Notes: a model not told the origin generated them from the sequence alone. Numbered from the stretch's first letter, positions 29,763 to 42,049 are shown. The stretch is DNA of 64,000 nucleotides from Alphaproteobacteria bacterium (GCA_965225945.1 CBDDBZ010000032.1:96001-160000), one strand, 5' to 3'. Translations and numbers: made by a program.

Positions 29763-30646
29763 CGGCGGATATCATCGACGGAAAGGCGTTCGCGGCCGAG
29801 GTGCGAGGCCGGGTGGGCGCGCGGGTCACGGCGCTAAAGGAGGCGCATGGTCCAACCCCGGGCCTGACCGTGGTGCTGGTCGGCGAGGACCCGGCGAGCC
29901 AGGTCTATGTCCGCAACAAGGCCAAGGCCGCGCGCGAGGCCGGCATCGTCTCCGACGAGATCCGCATGGATCGCGGTGTCGGCCAGGGGGAGCTCCTGGC
30001 CGTGGTCCGCCGCCTGAACGACGATTCCTCGGTGCACGGGATTCTCGTTCAGCTCCCGCTCCCCGAACAGGTCGACGAGGCGGAGGTGGTCGACGCCATC
30101 GATCCGGCCAAGGACGTCGACGGCTTTCATATCGTCAATACCGGCCGTCTCGCCGTCGGCCTCGACGCCATGGTGCCCTGCACGCCGCTCGGCTGCCTGA
30201 TGCTGCTGGAAGACCGGTTGGGCGACCTCCAGGGCCTGCGGGCGCTGGTGGTCGGGCGCTCCAATATCGTCGGCAAGCCGATGGCGAGCTTGCTGCTGGC
30301 ACGGCACTGCACGGTGACCATCGCCCACTCCCGCACCCGCGATCTCGCCGGCGAATGCCGCCGGGCCGACATCCTGATCGGCGCCGTCGGCCGGCCGCGA
30401 ATGATCAAAGGCGACTGGATCAAGCCGGGAGCGACGGTGATCGACGTCGGCATCAACCGGATCGACGCCGGCGAGGGCAAGACGCGCCTCGTCGGCGACG
30501 TCGACTTCGAGGCCGCCAAGGAGGTCGCGGGCGCGATCACCCCGGTGCCCGGCGGCGTCGGGCCGATGACCATCGCCTGCCTCCTGGCCAACACGGTGAG
30601 CGCCGCCTGTCACCAGGCCGGCGTGCCGGTGCCGGAGGTCGAATGA
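29759..30646 (+). CDS. folD: Methylenetetrahydrofolate dehydrogenase/cyclohydrolase
   Basis: [40 protein letters not shown]. Confidence 0.98.
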   Translation: MTADIIDGKAFAAEVRGRVGARVTALKEAHGPTPGLTVVLVGEDPASQVYVRNKAKAAREAGIVSDEIRMDRGVGQGELLAVVRRLNDDSSVHGILVQLPLPEQVDEAEVVDAIDPAKDVDGFHIVNTGRLAVGLDAMVPCTPLGCLMLLEDRLGDLQGLRALVVGRSNIVGKPMASLLLARHCTVTIAHSRTRDLAGECRRADILIGAVGRPRMIKGDWIKPGATVIDVGINRIDAGEGKTRLVGDVDFEAAKEVAGAITPVPGGVGPMTIACLLANTVSAACHQAGVPVPEVE

Positions 30647-30741
30647 CGTCGGCTCGCGCCTGGCGCGCGTGGTTAACGCTTCCTTAGCGGCATCGCCCTA
30701 GCCTCCGTGCCGTTCGCTTCCGCCGGCATGGAGAGGACGCG

Positions 30742-33237
30742 GTGACGACCATCCCTTTGCGCGAGGCTGCGCCCCCGGAAATCGCCGACAAGATGGCCGA
30801 CGCCCGTATCGCCCTGGCCGACCTGTTGCTCGGCCAGGGGCGGACCGAGGAGGCGATCAGGCTCTATCGCGAGATGGCCGAGGACGACCCCGACGCGCAT
30901 GTCGCATGGGGGCGCCTGGGTTTGACGCTCGGCGCGCTCGACCGGCCGGCCGAGGCATCCGTGGCCTTCGCCCGGGCCGTGGCGGGCGCGCCGGATGATC
31001 CGGAGCTTCGTCTCGACCACGCCCGCGCCTGCCTCGCCGCCGGCGATCCGGAGGCGGCGCAAGGGGCTTTCGAAGCGATCCTCGAGCGCTGGCCCGACCA
31101 CCCGGACGCCGCCCGGGGCCTCGTCGAGACGGTCGTCCTGACCGCGAACGGCCTGCTGCGGGTCGGCCGTCCCTCGGCGGCCCGGGCCGTCGTCGCGCCG
31201 GTGACCGTCGCCCATCCCGAATTTGCGATCGGGTGGGAATCCCTCGGCCTCGCCTTGCTGGAGGAAGGGCGGACGGGCGAGGCGAGCGAGGCCTTCGAGA
31301 CCGCGCTTCGCCTCGACGGCGCGCTGCTCGTCGCCATCCTGGGGCTCGCGCGCTGCTACCGCGCCGCCGACGATTTCGCCGGCGCGATCCGGATGTTGGA
31401 GGATCTCGCTCGGCGCCTGCCGGACTCCGCCGACATCGCGCGGGAGCTTGCGCATGCCTACGAGCGCCAAGGGCGTATCGAGGAGGCGGCGGAGCTCCTG
31501 GAACGGTGCGTCGAGTCCGACCCCGAAGACGGCGCCGCGTGGACGATTCTGGCGATGTGCCGAGCGAAATCCGGCGACGCCGAGGCCACCCGGAACGCGG
31601 CCGGACGGGCGCTTGTGCTGGCGCCCGACAACGACACGGCCCGCGTCATCCTCGCCCGGGTAGAATTCGCGGACGGCGCGTCGGATTGCGCGATGGCGCT
31701 GTTGGAACCGGTCGCAGGGCGGCTCGGGAACGACCCGGAGCTGATGAACTCGGCCGCCTTGCTCTACGAGGCGATGCGTCGCCAGGATCGCGCCATACCC
31801 CTCCTCCGCCGGGTTCTGGAGCTCGATCCCACCGATCGCTTCGCCAACTCGCGCCTGCTCGACATCACGCTCGCGCTCTGCGATTGGCGCGACCACGACA
31901 GCTTCATCGGCAAGTTGGCGCACGGGATCGTCACCGACGTGGCGGCGGCCCGGCCGATCGCCCTCGACGTTTTCAACCTGCAGGCGCTGGCGCTCGACTA
32001 CGCGACCATCGCCGGCGCGGCCCGGGACAGCGCCCGGGCGATCGCCGAGGAAAGCTTGCGGGACCAGCCGCCGCCACCCGCGCCGCCGATGCCCGCGACC
32101 GTCCGCGACTCGCGGACCCGTCTCGGCTACCTGCTGCCCTACACCCACCTTCACAGCCTGCCGCTGGTGTTGAAGGAGATCGTGGCAGATCATCCGAGGG
32201 CGCGCTTCGAGGTCCTGGGCTACGGCACCCAGCCCTGCAACGGCAGCAAATTCAGCCGCGACTATCGCGCCGCCTTCGATCGATTTACCGATCTGCCGGC
32301 CAGCCGGCCGGAGGCGGCGGCGACCGCGATCGCCCGGGACGGGCTCGACCTGCTGATCGACGTCGCCGGGCTGACCGCGGTCAATTGCATGCCGATCCTG
32401 GCCTGGCGCCCGGCGCCGGTGCAAGCGCACGCCTTCGGTTATTCGATCACCACGGGCGCCGACTACGTCGACTATCTGATCAGCGATCCGATCTACATCC
32501 CGCCGCGCGACGCCGCGCTCGGACCCAAGGCGCTGGTCTACCTGCCGGAGACCTTCATGCCGACGCTGCGCGCGCCAGTGGCCGACCAGCGACTCCGCCG
32601 CGCCGCGCTCGGCCTGCCGGAAGAGGGCATGGTTCTGGCCAACTTCAACCATACCTGCAAGTTCGAGCCGGCGATTTTCGAGGTTTGGATGGGACTGTTG
32701 CGGGAGTTCGGGAACGCGGTGTTGTGGCTCGGCGACTGGCTGCCGGCGGCCCGGGCCAACCTCCGGCGAGAGGCGGCGTCGCGCGGCGTCGCGCCGGAAC
32801 GGCTGGTGTTCGCCGCCATCGTCGAGCACGACCAGCACCTGGCCCGGCTCGCGCTCGCCGATATCGCCGTCGACAATCGACGCCACGGCGGTGGCATCAC
32901 CACGGTGGACGCGCTCTGGGTCGGTCTCCCGGTGGTGACGATCGAGGGCGAGACGCCATCGGCCCGCCTGGGCGCAACGTTGCTGACCGCCGCCGGGGCG
33001 CCGGAGCTGATCACCCGGAGCCTGGACGACTATGTGGCGCTGATAGGGGAACTGGCCCGCGACCCGGCGCGGCGCGCGGCGCTCCGGGAGAAGCTGATCC
33101 AAGCGCGGGACAGCGCGCCGCTGTTCGACACCGGGCGTTTCCGGGGGCACTTGGAGACGGGCTACGAGATGATGGTGGCGCGGGCCCGACGCGGCTTGGC
33201 CCCGGCGACCATCGAGGTGCCGGCGGCGCCTCGTTGA
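30742..33237 (+). CDS. TPR-repeat GT41 (O-GlcNAc/SPINDLY-like) glycosyltransferase
   Basis: N-terminal TPRs, DLLIDVAG, RPAPVQA, DYLISD, FNHTCK, DALWVGLPVVT. Confidence 0.85.
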   Translation: MTTIPLREAAPPEIADKMADARIALADLLLGQGRTEEAIRLYREMAEDDPDAHVAWGRLGLTLGALDRPAEASVAFARAVAGAPDDPELRLDHARACLAAGDPEAAQGAFEAILERWPDHPDAARGLVETVVLTANGLLRVGRPSAARAVVAPVTVAHPEFAIGWESLGLALLEEGRTGEASEAFETALRLDGALLVAILGLARCYRAADDFAGAIRMLEDLARRLPDSADIARELAHAYERQGRIEEAAELLERCVESDPEDGAAWTILAMCRAKSGDAEATRNAAGRALVLAPDNDTARVILARVEFADGASDCAMALLEPVAGRLGNDPELMNSAALLYEAMRRQDRAIPLLRRVLELDPTDRFANSRLLDITLALCDWRDHDSFIGKLAHGIVTDVAAARPIALDVFNLQALALDYATIAGAARDSARAIAEESLRDQPPPPAPPMPATVRDSRTRLGYLLPYTHLHSLPLVLKEIVADHPRARFEVLGYGTQPCNGSKFSRDYRAAFDRFTDLPASRPEAAATAIARDGLDLLIDVAGLTAVNCMPILAWRPAPVQAHAFGYSITTGADYVDYLISDPIYIPPRDAALGPKALVYLPETFMPTLRAPVADQRLRRAALGLPEEGMVLANFNHTCKFEPAIFEVWMGLLREFGNAVLWLGDWLPAARANLRREAASRGVAPERLVFAAIVEHDQHLARLALADIAVDNRRHGGGITTVDALWVGLPVVTIEGETPSARLGATLLTAAGAPELITRSLDDYVALIGELARDPARRAALREKLIQARDSAPLFDTGRFRGHLETGYEMMVARARRGLAPATIEVPAAPR

Positions 33238-33268
33238 CGGGCGGCCCGGCGCCCGCCCAGAATTGGTC

Positions 33269-33985
33269 ATGGGCGTGCATCCCTTCCTCGCCGGCTTTCG
33301 GGCCCTGCTGCTCGATCTGAATGGTACCTTCATGTTCGGGCAGGACCGTTTTGGCCCGGCGGAGGACTATCACGCCACCTACCGCGCGCTCGGCGGCCGT
33401 GACCTCGACGCGGCGCGACTCCGCGCGGCGGTCGACGGCGTGGTGGCGGAGATGGAGCGCCTGGTCATGGAGCCCGCGCGCCAGGGCGATTTCCCGCGTC
33501 TGGCGGAGGCGCTTCGGGCCCACGAGGCCACCTCGGGGCTCGGCTCGGGAGAACTCGCGCTGATCGAGCAAACCGTGGCCGCGCATGAGGTCGGCCGGGT
33601 GCCGGCGGCGCATGCCGGCGTGTTGACGGCGCTTGCCCGGGGCCATCGCCTGGGTGTCGTCTCCAATATTTTCTCGGCCAAGGATCACTATGTCGCGGAA
33701 CTCGGCCGCGTCGGCCTCGCGGAGCTGCTGTCGCCGCTGGTCTTCTCGTCCGACGGTCGCGCGGTGAAGCCGGCGCCGGCGATCTTCGATAGGGCGATCG
33801 CAGCACTCGGACTCGAGGTGTCGGAGATCGTCTTCGTCGGCGACAATCCCGTGGCCGACATCGCCGGTGCCCGCGCCCTCGCCATGGCGACGATCTGGAT
33901 CGACGACGGACGTTTCGCCATGCCCGCCTCCGAGGTCGGCGCCGATCTGGTGGTCTCCAGCCTGCTCGACCTCGCCCAAGCATAA
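33269..33985 (+). CDS. HAD-family hydrolase
   Basis: DLNGT motif I, VSN, KP, VGDN..ADI. Confidence 0.85.
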   Translation: MGVHPFLAGFRALLLDLNGTFMFGQDRFGPAEDYHATYRALGGRDLDAARLRAAVDGVVAEMERLVMEPARQGDFPRLAEALRAHEATSGLGSGELALIEQTVAAHEVGRVPAAHAGVLTALARGHRLGVVSNIFSAKDHYVAELGRVGLAELLSPLVFSSDGRAVKPAPAIFDRAIAALGLEVSEIVFVGDNPVADIAGARALAMATIWIDDGRFAMPASEVGADLVVSSLLDLAQA

Positions 33986-33992
33986 GCAACAG

Positions 33993-35363
33993 CTACGAGG
34001 TCGCGACAAGTTCCATCAGCCGGGCGATCTCGCCCGTGTCGAGCTCGTCGAGGCGGCGGCACAGGCCGATCACCGCTTCGGCGCCTTCCTCGTCGAGCCG
34101 GACCGCGAGGCAATCGCGCACCTTGGCGAGATGGGCGGCCTCGCTCACCGCTTCGGCGCCCCAGCAGCCGGGCGGCCCGTCGCATCGGCTCGCGACCTCC
34201 CGGCCGTCGGCGAGCAGCACCCGGGCCTCGACATACATCTCGTCGAACCGGCCCGGTATCTCGTCGCGCGCGTCGATCGTGATCCGCGCCAGAATCGCCA
34301 CCATGTCCGGGGCGAAGCGGCGCGCGTCCTCGAAACTCGCCATCGTCACCCTGCCGTCGAGGAGGGCGGCGGCGGCCGTGTACTGCCAGGAAAACTTGCC
34401 GGCGAGGCCGTTTACCGGTTCCGGCCGGTCGATATAGGGCATTCGTGGCGTGGTGAGCACCACCGCCTCGATCTCGTTCGGATCCTCGAATTGGGCCCGG
34501 AGCGCGAGCGCGGCGGTGATTGCGAAATGCGTGCCGTACTGGCTCGGGTACATCTTGAGTGCATAGCCGGGGGAGGTTATGCGGAAGGGCGGGCCGTAGT
34601 TCGCCAACTCCTCGAAGCGGAAGCCGTCGTCGAACAGGGCGGCGACATAGCCTTGCGGCGCCTCGATGATGTCGGGATTGCCGGTGAAGCCGCGCGCGGC
34701 CAGCATCGCCGCCTCCAAGCCCGCCGCCACCGCGACGGCGCAGTTGGTCGATTTGGTCATGGTGCCGGCGTTGGCGAGCAGGCTGCCGGCCCGCGAGGCG
34801 GCGATGGCGAGCGCGTTGCGGATCGCGTCCACGTCGAGGCCCAGCAGATGCCCCGCCGCCACCGCCGCGCCCATCGGCCCGACCTGGCCCGGCGGGTGGA
34901 AGTTGATCTGCCGCGTCTCGTACTGGCGCGAGGCCTGGCGGATCCAGCCCTGGGTCTCGATCCCCTTGACCAAGGCGGTGATCGCCGCCCGGCCGTCGAG
35001 CCCGCGCGCCTCGGCCAGCGCCAGCACCGCCGGCAGCGTGGTCGAGGTCTGGTGGTTGGCCGGGTTCCACATCGCCTCGAAATCGAGCACGTGCATGCTG
35101 GCGCCGTTGACCATGGCGGCCTGCACCGGCGAGGTGCGGAAGCCGAAGCCGATCACGCTCGAGATTGGCGCGCCGCCCAATTCACCCACGTGCGCCGCCA
35201 GGATCGAAGGCGGCGCCTCCTGGCGCGACCCCGCCACCGCCACGGCCAAGCCGCCGAGCGTCAGGCGCCGGGCACTTGCCAGCGCCGCCTCGCCGATGTC
35301 GGCGAAATCGATGTCGACGATGCGCTCGGCGAAGGCCCGGGTGGTGCCGGCGGGACCGCTCAA
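33993..35363 (-). CDS. MmgE/PrpD family protein
   Basis: [31 protein letters not shown]; TTG start overlapping the upstream stop. Confidence 0.85.
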   Translation of the reverse strand: MSGPAGTTRAFAERIVDIDFADIGEAALASARRLTLGGLAVAVAGSRQEAPPSILAAHVGELGGAPISSVIGFGFRTSPVQAAMVNGASMHVLDFEAMWNPANHQTSTTLPAVLALAEARGLDGRAAITALVKGIETQGWIRQASRQYETRQINFHPPGQVGPMGAAVAAGHLLGLDVDAIRNALAIAASRAGSLLANAGTMTKSTNCAVAVAAGLEAAMLAARGFTGNPDIIEAPQGYVAALFDDGFRFEELANYGPPFRITSPGYALKMYPSQYGTHFAITAALALRAQFEDPNEIEAVVLTTPRMPYIDRPEPVNGLAGKFSWQYTAAAALLDGRVTMASFEDARRFAPDMVAILARITIDARDEIPGRFDEMYVEARVLLADGREVASRCDGPPGCWGAEAVSEAAHLAKVRDCLAVRLDEEGAEAVIGLCRRLDELDTGEIARLMELVATS

Positions 35364-37321
35364 TCCGCCAACTCCGGCAGGTCGCGGAAGAGTTCCAGCG
35401 CCTCCGGATTGGCCAGGGCGTCCTTGTGTTTGACTGGCCGTCCGTGCACCACGTCGGCCACCGCCAACTCGGTGATCTTGTTGTTGACGGTACGCGGAAT
35501 GTCCGCGACCTCCAGGATCTTGGCCGGCACGTGGCGGGGCGAGGCGTTCTCGCGAATTCGCCGGCGGACGCGGTCTCGCAACGCGTCGTCGAGCTCGGCG
35601 CCCTCGCGCAGCCGCAGGAAGAGGACGACCCGGGTGTCGTCGTCCCAGCGTTGGCCGATGACCAGGGCCTCGACCACCTCGTCGAGCTGTTCGACCTGGC
35701 GATAGATCTCCGCCGTGCCGATCCTGACGCCACCGGGATTGAGCGTCGCATCGGAACGGCCGTGGATGATCATGCCGCCGCTTTCCGTGATCTCCAGCCA
35801 ATCGCCGTGGCGCCAGACGTTGGGGTAGACGTCGAAATAGGCAGCCCGGTATCGGCTGCCGTCGTCGTCGTTCCAGAAGCCGATCGGCATCGAGGGGAAG
35901 GAGGCGGTGCAGACCAGCTCGCCCGGCGTGGCCGTGATCGACGCGCCGGTCTCGTCGAAAACCTGGACGTCCATGCCCAGGCCCTTGGCCTGGATTTCGC
36001 CGCGGAACACGGGCGCCATCGGATTGCCGCCGACAAAGCAGGAGACGATGTCGGTCCCGCCCGAGACCGAGGCCAGATGGATATCCGCCTTGACCTTCTC
36101 GTAGACGTAGTCGAAGCCCCCCGGCGCCAGGGGGGAGCCCGTCGAGAGCATGGCGCGCAAGCTGTCGAGGCGATGCGTCTCCCGAGGCGCGATGCCCGCC
36201 TTGGCGAGCGCGTCGATGTATTTGGCGCTGGTGCCGAAGTGGGTCATGGCGGTTTCGTCGGCGAAGTCGAACAGCACGTTGCCGTCGGGATGGAAGGGCG
36301 CGCCGTCGAACAGCAACAGCGTCGCCCCGGAGGCGAGGCCGCTCGCCAGCCAATTCCACATCATCCAGCCACAGGTGGTGAAGTAGAACAGGCGGTCTCC
36401 CTCGCGCACGTCGGCGTGCAGGCGATGCTCCTTCAGATGCTGCAGCAGCGTACCGCCGGCGCCGTGGACGATGCATTTCGGCGCTCCCGTAGTGCCGGAG
36501 GAATAGAGAATGTAGAGCGGCGCGTCGAAGGGCATCGCTGTGTATTCGATGACGCCCGGGGCGCCCGGCGTCGCGTCGGCGAGGAAGTCTTCCCAGAGAA
36601 CGGCCGGCCCGAGACGATCGAGCCCGGGCGCGTCGTCGGTATGGGGGACCACCACGATCAGGGCGAGGCTGGTCAATTCCCTGGCGATCTCGGCGGTCTT
36701 CGCCAGGCAATCGAAGCGCTTGCCGTTGTAGATGTAACCGTCGGCGCAGAACAGCAGCTTGGCCTCGATCTGGCCGAAGCGGTCGAGCACGCCGGCCACC
36801 CCGAATTCAGGCGAACAGGAGGACCAAATGGCGCCGAGGCTGGCCGTCGCCAGCATCGCCATGATGGTCTCCGGCAGGTTGGGCAGGAAGCCCGCCACCC
36901 GGTCGCCCGGGCCGATGCCCGCCGCCCGCATCGCTCGTTGCAGGCGAGAGACCGTATCGCGCAGTTCCACCTGGCCGATCTCGCGCAAGTCCCCGCTCTC
37001 GCCGCAAAAGAGCATCGCCGGGCCGTCGTGCGGCCGGGCCAGCAGGTTTTCGGCGAAGTTCAGGCGCGCGTCGGGAAACCAGCGGGCACCCGGCATGAGG
37101 TTCTTGTCCACGACGGCCCGATCCCCCTGGGTCTCGGCCACCACGCCGGCGAAATCCCAGACCAGGCGCCAGAACGCCTCGGAATCGGCGACGGACCAAG
37201 CGTGCAGCTCGTCATAGCCGGCGAGTGGTCGGCCCGAACAGGCGCGCGCCGCCTCGAGAAAGCGGGCGAGCCCGGTCAACTCGGCGGCTTCCGGTCTCGG
37301 CCGCCACAGCGGTTCGCTCAC
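35360..37321 (-). CDS. Acetoacetate--CoA ligase
   Basis: [47 protein letters not shown]. Confidence 0.93.
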   Translation of the reverse strand: MSEPLWRPRPEAAELTGLARFLEAARACSGRPLAGYDELHAWSVADSEAFWRLVWDFAGVVAETQGDRAVVDKNLMPGARWFPDARLNFAENLLARPHDGPAMLFCGESGDLREIGQVELRDTVSRLQRAMRAAGIGPGDRVAGFLPNLPETIMAMLATASLGAIWSSCSPEFGVAGVLDRFGQIEAKLLFCADGYIYNGKRFDCLAKTAEIARELTSLALIVVVPHTDDAPGLDRLGPAVLWEDFLADATPGAPGVIEYTAMPFDAPLYILYSSGTTGAPKCIVHGAGGTLLQHLKEHRLHADVREGDRLFYFTTCGWMMWNWLASGLASGATLLLFDGAPFHPDGNVLFDFADETAMTHFGTSAKYIDALAKAGIAPRETHRLDSLRAMLSTGSPLAPGGFDYVYEKVKADIHLASVSGGTDIVSCFVGGNPMAPVFRGEIQAKGLGMDVQVFDETGASITATPGELVCTASFPSMPIGFWNDDDGSRYRAAYFDVYPNVWRHGDWLEITESGGMIIHGRSDATLNPGGVRIGTAEIYRQVEQLDEVVEALVIGQRWDDDTRVVLFLRLREGAELDDALRDRVRRRIRENASPRHVPAKILEVADIPRTVNNKITELAVADVVHGRPVKHKDALANPEALELFRDLPELAD

Positions 37322-37517
37322 GTGCCGGTCTCCCTTCCCGCGGCAGCAATCGAGGGGCGAGTATCGCGCGATCGCGCCACCCCGCCAAGGCACCGCCGAC
37401 ACCCTTGGCCCGCTTGTGGCGGCCGCCCTGGGGCCGCTTGTGGTGGCCGCCGCCGGGATGCGATGCTCACCCCGGCGGCGGCCTGGGCCCCGCGCGACAA
37501 TTGGGAGGACGAGGCTA

Positions 37518-38270
37518 ATGAGGCTGCAAGACAAGATCGCCCTTATCACCGGTGGTGCCTACGGCATGGGCGGGACGACGGCGAAGCTTTTCGCCCAGGA
37601 GGGCGCCGCCGTCTTGATCGCCGATCAGCTCGCCGACGAGGGCGCGCTCAGGGTCCAGGAAATCGAGGCCGCCGGCGGGCGCGCGAGCTTTCATCGCATG
37701 GACGTCACCAGCGACGAGAATTGGGCCGCCGTGGTCGCCGAGGCCCTCGCCGTGCACGGGAGAATCGACATCCTGGTCAACAACGCCGGCATCAGTGGCA
37801 GCGCCTACGACGATCCCTTGGACCTCGACGCCTGGTACGCGCTGATGGACGTCAACGCGACGGGCGTCTTCCTCGGCCACCGGAACGTGATCCCGGTGAT
37901 GGCCGAGCGGGGCGGCGGGACCATCGTCAACATCTCCTCGATCTCCGGCAACGTCGGCCAGGACGTGGTGCATCACGGCTACAATGCTTCCAAGGGCGCG
38001 GTCCGTATTCTGACCAAATCGGCCGCCGTTCGCCACGCGCCGGAGGGCATTCGCGTCAACACCGTCCATCCCGGCCTGATGCCGCCGATGCGCACCTCGG
38101 GCGCCACGTCCGATCCGGCGGTCCGCGAACGGATGCTGAAGCGGGTGCCGATGGGCCGCTTCGGCTTGCCGGAGGAGGTGGCGCGCGCGGTGCTGTTCCT
38201 CGCCTCCGACGAGTCTTCCTATACCACCGGCTCGGAGATCCACGTCGACGGCGGTTACCTCGCCGCTTGA
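37518..38270 (+). CDS. Short-chain dehydrogenase/reductase
   Basis: [17 protein letters not shown]. Confidence 0.92.
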   Translation: MRLQDKIALITGGAYGMGGTTAKLFAQEGAAVLIADQLADEGALRVQEIEAAGGRASFHRMDVTSDENWAAVVAEALAVHGRIDILVNNAGISGSAYDDPLDLDAWYALMDVNATGVFLGHRNVIPVMAERGGGTIVNISSISGNVGQDVVHHGYNASKGAVRILTKSAAVRHAPEGIRVNTVHPGLMPPMRTSGATSDPAVRERMLKRVPMGRFGLPEEVARAVLFLASDESSYTTGSEIHVDGGYLAA

Positions 38271-38334
38271 GGTCGCATCGAGGCGTTGGTGGCTGGGTAG
38301 ACGAGTCGTCCGATGTGACGTAATTGCCGAGCCG

Positions 38335-38754
38335 CTACTCGAAGACGTAGTCGGTCTTGGCGCGGTGCAGGTCGATCGCATCGGCGAGTTTGGGCTCGTC
38401 GGCAATCATGCGGAACAGCACGTCGCTCGTGATCTTCAGCGCCTCGACGTCGGTCTTGGCGATCACGGTCGCGGTTCTGGGAACGTCGTCCAGGACCGCG
38501 ATCTCGCCGATGAAGGTGTGTTGATCCATCACTCGGACATGGCGCGGGCCGTTGCCGGAATCGATGTGGACGTCGGCCATGCCTTCCAGGATCACATAGA
38601 CGTGGCGGCCGACGTCGCCCTGACGGACGAGGATCTGGCCGGCTTGATAGGTCAGTCGGTCGCTGGCGAACGCGAGCAGTTTCAGCCGCGCGATATCCAG
38701 CACCTCGAAGGGGGGTATCGTCGCCAGGAGGCGATATTCGTCGCCGAGGCTCAT
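38335..38754 (-). CDS. Stand-alone cyclic-nucleotide-binding domain protein
   Basis: VRQGD, GEIA..DVPRTATV. Confidence 0.88.
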   Translation of the reverse strand: MSLGDEYRLLATIPPFEVLDIARLKLLAFASDRLTYQAGQILVRQGDVGRHVYVILEGMADVHIDSGNGPRHVRVMDQHTFIGEIAVLDDVPRTATVIAKTDVEALKITSDVLFRMIADEPKLADAIDLHRAKTDYVFE

Positions 38755-38833
38755 CCGCCCGTCTCCCGGGTCGTGGCCGACAATTGCCTCATATCAACCG
38801 CCGCCGAGGGCGGCGCGAGAGTCGCCCTCAACT

Positions 38834-40000
38834 TCAATCGTCGTCGCCGGCCACGACCTTCGCCGCCTGCTTATCGATCTCCACCTGCACGGCGGTCTGC
38901 GCGGCGGCGAGGAACAGGGGCCGGTTTTCGAAGCTGTAGTCGTAGCTCGCCCGCCTGAGGTCGTTCTTGCTCCGGAAGTGCGGCAGCACGTAGCGCGCCA
39001 TCAGCTCGAAATGCCGCTTGGTGGCGGGGAAGTCGGCCCAGTTGTGGGCCAGCTCCAGGAAGGCGCCGAAGCCGCCCGAGCCCTCCTGCAGCTTCTCGAT
39101 ATAGGCGATGGCGTCGTCCGGCGTGCCGATGCAGGCCAAGTTGTTGTCGAGAAGATATCGATAGGCGTCCTCGATGTCGTCCGGAACGACCGGGAAGGTG
39201 GCGATCTCGCGAAAGTATCGGACCCAAGCCTCGAGGCCGAATTTCACATTTTCCCGCGCCTTCTCCCGCGTTTCGGCGACATGGGCGAGGCTCACCACCC
39301 GCCAGATGTCGCGCGTCACCTCGAAGCCGTTCTTGCTCGCGGTCGAATGCAGCAGGTTCCAGTTGTTGGCGTGATGCGCCAGTGCCTCGTCCGAAGTCCC
39401 GCCGATCGACAGCATGCCGATGCCGTATTTTCCGGCCACGAGCGCGCCCACGGGCGAGCGGGCGCAGGCGACCGCCATTTCGATCCGGGGATAGCTGTAG
39501 GAGGAAAGCTGCAGGCGCGCCTCGCGCAGCTCGAACCAATCGGTCTTCATCGTCACCGTCTCGCCGTCGAGCAGGCGGACGATCGCCTCCATGCCCTCGT
39601 TCAGGCGGCGGCGCAGGTTCGCCGGTTCGATCCCCATGCGGAAGGCATCGCCCACCAGGGCGCCCGGGCCGACGCCGAACATCGCCCGGCCCTTGGTCAT
39701 GTGGTCGAGTTGGATCATGCGATCGGCGATCATCAAGGGATGGTGGTAGGGCACCGAGATGACACCGGTGCCGAGCCGGATGTGCTTCGTGCGCTCCGCC
39801 GCCGCGGCGATGAAGACCTCCGGAGAGGCGATGATCTCGAAGCCGCCCGAATGGTGCTCGCCGACCCAGACCTCATGGTAGCCGATGTGATCGAGGTGCT
39901 CGATCAGCTCCATGTCGCGGTCCATCGCCATCGTCGGGTCCTCGTCCAGGGCATGGAACGGGGCCAGGAAGATGCCGAAGCGCAGATTGTCCGTGTTCAT
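38834..40000 (-). CDS. LLM-class flavin-dependent monooxygenase (limonene monooxygenase-like)
   Basis: FGIFLAPFH, WVGEHHS, IRLGTGV, GVGPGAL. Confidence 0.9.
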   Translation of the reverse strand: MNTDNLRFGIFLAPFHALDEDPTMAMDRDMELIEHLDHIGYHEVWVGEHHSGGFEIIASPEVFIAAAAERTKHIRLGTGVISVPYHHPLMIADRMIQLDHMTKGRAMFGVGPGALVGDAFRMGIEPANLRRRLNEGMEAIVRLLDGETVTMKTDWFELREARLQLSSYSYPRIEMAVACARSPVGALVAGKYGIGMLSIGGTSDEALAHHANNWNLLHSTASKNGFEVTRDIWRVVSLAHVAETREKARENVKFGLEAWVRYFREIATFPVVPDDIEDAYRYLLDNNLACIGTPDDAIAYIEKLQEGSGGFGAFLELAHNWADFPATKRHFELMARYVLPHFRSKNDLRRASYDYSFENRPLFLAAAQTAVQVEIDKQAAKVVAGDDD

Positions 40001-40115
40001 TCGGTCTCGCCCTCGAAAATTTCACATCCGACACACACTGTAGCGCCGGCCGGCTGGTTAGTCATCCGAGGTCCGGGCGGATATAGTCCGGACCGATCCG
40101 GCGGGGAGGACGGCG

Positions 40116-40481
40116 ATGAGCGAGGATACGGATTTCTGGCCACTCGAGATCCGTCTGCATCGCGAGGAAAGGGTGCTCGAGATCGCCTATGACGACGGCC
40201 GGCGGGACCGCCTGGAAGCGGAACTCCTGCGCGTCGAGAGTCCCAGCGCCGAGGTCCAGGGCCACGGCGAGGGCAAGACCGTCGTCGCAGGCAAGCGCTG
40301 GGTCGCGATGACCCGGGTGGAGCAGGTCGGGAACTATGCAATTCGCATCCACTTCGACGACGGCCACGACACCGGGATCTACTCTTGGCGCTATCTCCGT
40401 TATCTGGGCGAGAATGGCGAGCGCCTGCTTTCGGCCTATGTGGCGGCCGTCGACGCCAAGGGCCTGAACCGGGATTTCTGA
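40116..40481 (+). CDS. DUF971 / GBBH N-terminal-like protein
   Basis: LRVESPSAEVQGH, VGNYA, FDDGHDTGIYSW. Confidence 0.9.
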   Translation: MSEDTDFWPLEIRLHREERVLEIAYDDGRRDRLEAELLRVESPSAEVQGHGEGKTVVAGKRWVAMTRVEQVGNYAIRIHFDDGHDTGIYSWRYLRYLGENGERLLSAYVAAVDAKGLNRDF

Positions 40482-40646
40482 GCGAATTCCACGCCTTGCC
40501 CGGCCTCGAGGAGGCTCGACAGGCGAACCTTTCAGCCCCGTCCACCACGCTCGCCGGAACGAATTTTTTGCCGCTCGGGGCGCGGGGCAAGTCGACCGAC
40601 GACCTCGCGGCCTTTATGCGACAGGCCGCATGAAGTTTTTCAAGTA

Positions 40647-41424
40647 TACCCCGACTCCCCGCAGACCCGAAAAAGTTCTGGCAATCCGGCTGCGGATCGA
40701 TTCTTCTCGCGGTCATGATTCGCGGTGGATTTCTGAGCATCGAGGAACGCGCGGCCCTGGAGGCGGTGACTCGGGGCATCCGAGCGAGACCCACGGGGTG
40801 GCGCGCCGCGCGAACGCCGTTCTGCTCTTGGATGACGGCTTGAGCTGCGTCGAGGTGGCGAAGGGGCTCTACCTCGACGACGACACGGTGCGGACGTGGC
40901 TGAAGCGCTACCGTGCGGGCGGCCTGGATGAAATGACGCTGTTCGACTGGCATGGCCGGTCGGGCCATCTGAGCCGGGAGCAAGAGGCGGAGCTTTCGGC
41001 CCATCTGAGCCAACGGCTTTACCGCGATACCGGCGAGGTGGCAGCCCATATCAAGGCGACCTACGGAGTGATCTACAGCCATTCGGGCTGCATCAAGGTG
41101 ATGCATCGCCTGGGCTTCGAATACAAGCGCCCGAAAAGCCTGCCGGCTCAGGGCCGATGAGGCCGAGCAGGCCGCCTTTATCGAGGCCTATGATAAGTTG
41201 CTCAACGGCTTGGCCGCCGACGAGGTGGTCTACTTCGCCGATGCGGTGCACCCGGAATTCCAGTCCCGCCCAGTCCATGGCTGGGTCAAGAAGGGCGACA
41301 AAGTGGCGTTACGCCGGACCTCGGGGCGCCAGCGCATCAATCTCCACGGCGCGCTCAACCTGGAAAACTTCCACTGCCCCTTGGTCCAGGCCGAGAGGAT
41401 CAACGCCGCCTCGACGATCGCGCA
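40647..41424 (+). mobile_element. IS630-family remnant, frameshifted and 3'-truncated
   Basis: ARRANAVLLL, LGFEYKRPK, FADAVHP, INLHGAL across three frames; shifts at short G runs. Confidence 0.8.
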
Positions 41425-42048
41425 TGGTGCGGCCCAACCAAGACATGATCGGTGGCCAGCCCAAATCCATGTTGCAAGTCGACGAAACCTGGGTTGGCGG
41501 GCGAACGCGTGGGGAAGGCCGTGCTGTTCACCACAAGGTTCTCGTCGCCTGTGTCCGATCGAGGTGCGTCATCGAAAGACCGGGCACCAAGCTCGACAAT
41601 CGGAAAGACGGACGCTATGCCGGACGCGTTCGGCTACGCCGTCGTGCCGACCTAGCGCCATCGAGTCGATTATGGGTTCGTCGATGCACCGTCGCGGGAT
41701 CGCTGTCGACTGACGATTGGAGCGGCATGCTGGCCTCGGTAAGCGCGGCTATGAGCACTTCGCCCGAGTGTGGTGATCCAGAGGCCATCGAGCGATTTCT
41801 GCCGATCATCGATCTGGTTTTCGCCAACCTGAAGACGTGGACGATCGGTATCCACCACGGCGCGACACCAGCACCTACAAGCCTACCTCCGAGTTCACCT
41901 TCCGCTTCAACAGGCGGACCCGTTCAACGCCTTCCGCTCATTGCTCGGCATCGCGGGCGACACCTCTGCTCCAACCTATGCCGAGCTTTACTCGGGAGAG
42001 TGGCGGCACCCTACATGTAGCGGTCATGGGCGTTAACCGGATAGGCAA
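41422..42048 (+). mobile_element. IS1595-family 3' remnant with many indels
   Basis: VDETWVGG, TDDW, FANLKTW..G.HHG, EFTFRFNRR, YAELY; ends AACCGGATAGGCA. Confidence 0.75.
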
Positions 42049-42049
42049 G

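Noticed and set aside
33993-36710. 905-aa PrpD with long N-terminal extension
   Set aside because: The extension overlaps acetoacetate-CoA ligase out of frame; likely start is TTG 35363
35165-38323. Very long alternative ORFs (1052 aa here; also 30673-33333, 51397-53259, 58232-60061)
   Set aside because: Antisense or shifted-frame shadows of clear genes, expected at high GC
38335-38754. cNMP-binding protein as a CBASS/Pycsar effector
   Set aside because: No cyclase or effector domain is adjacent; ordinary metabolic context
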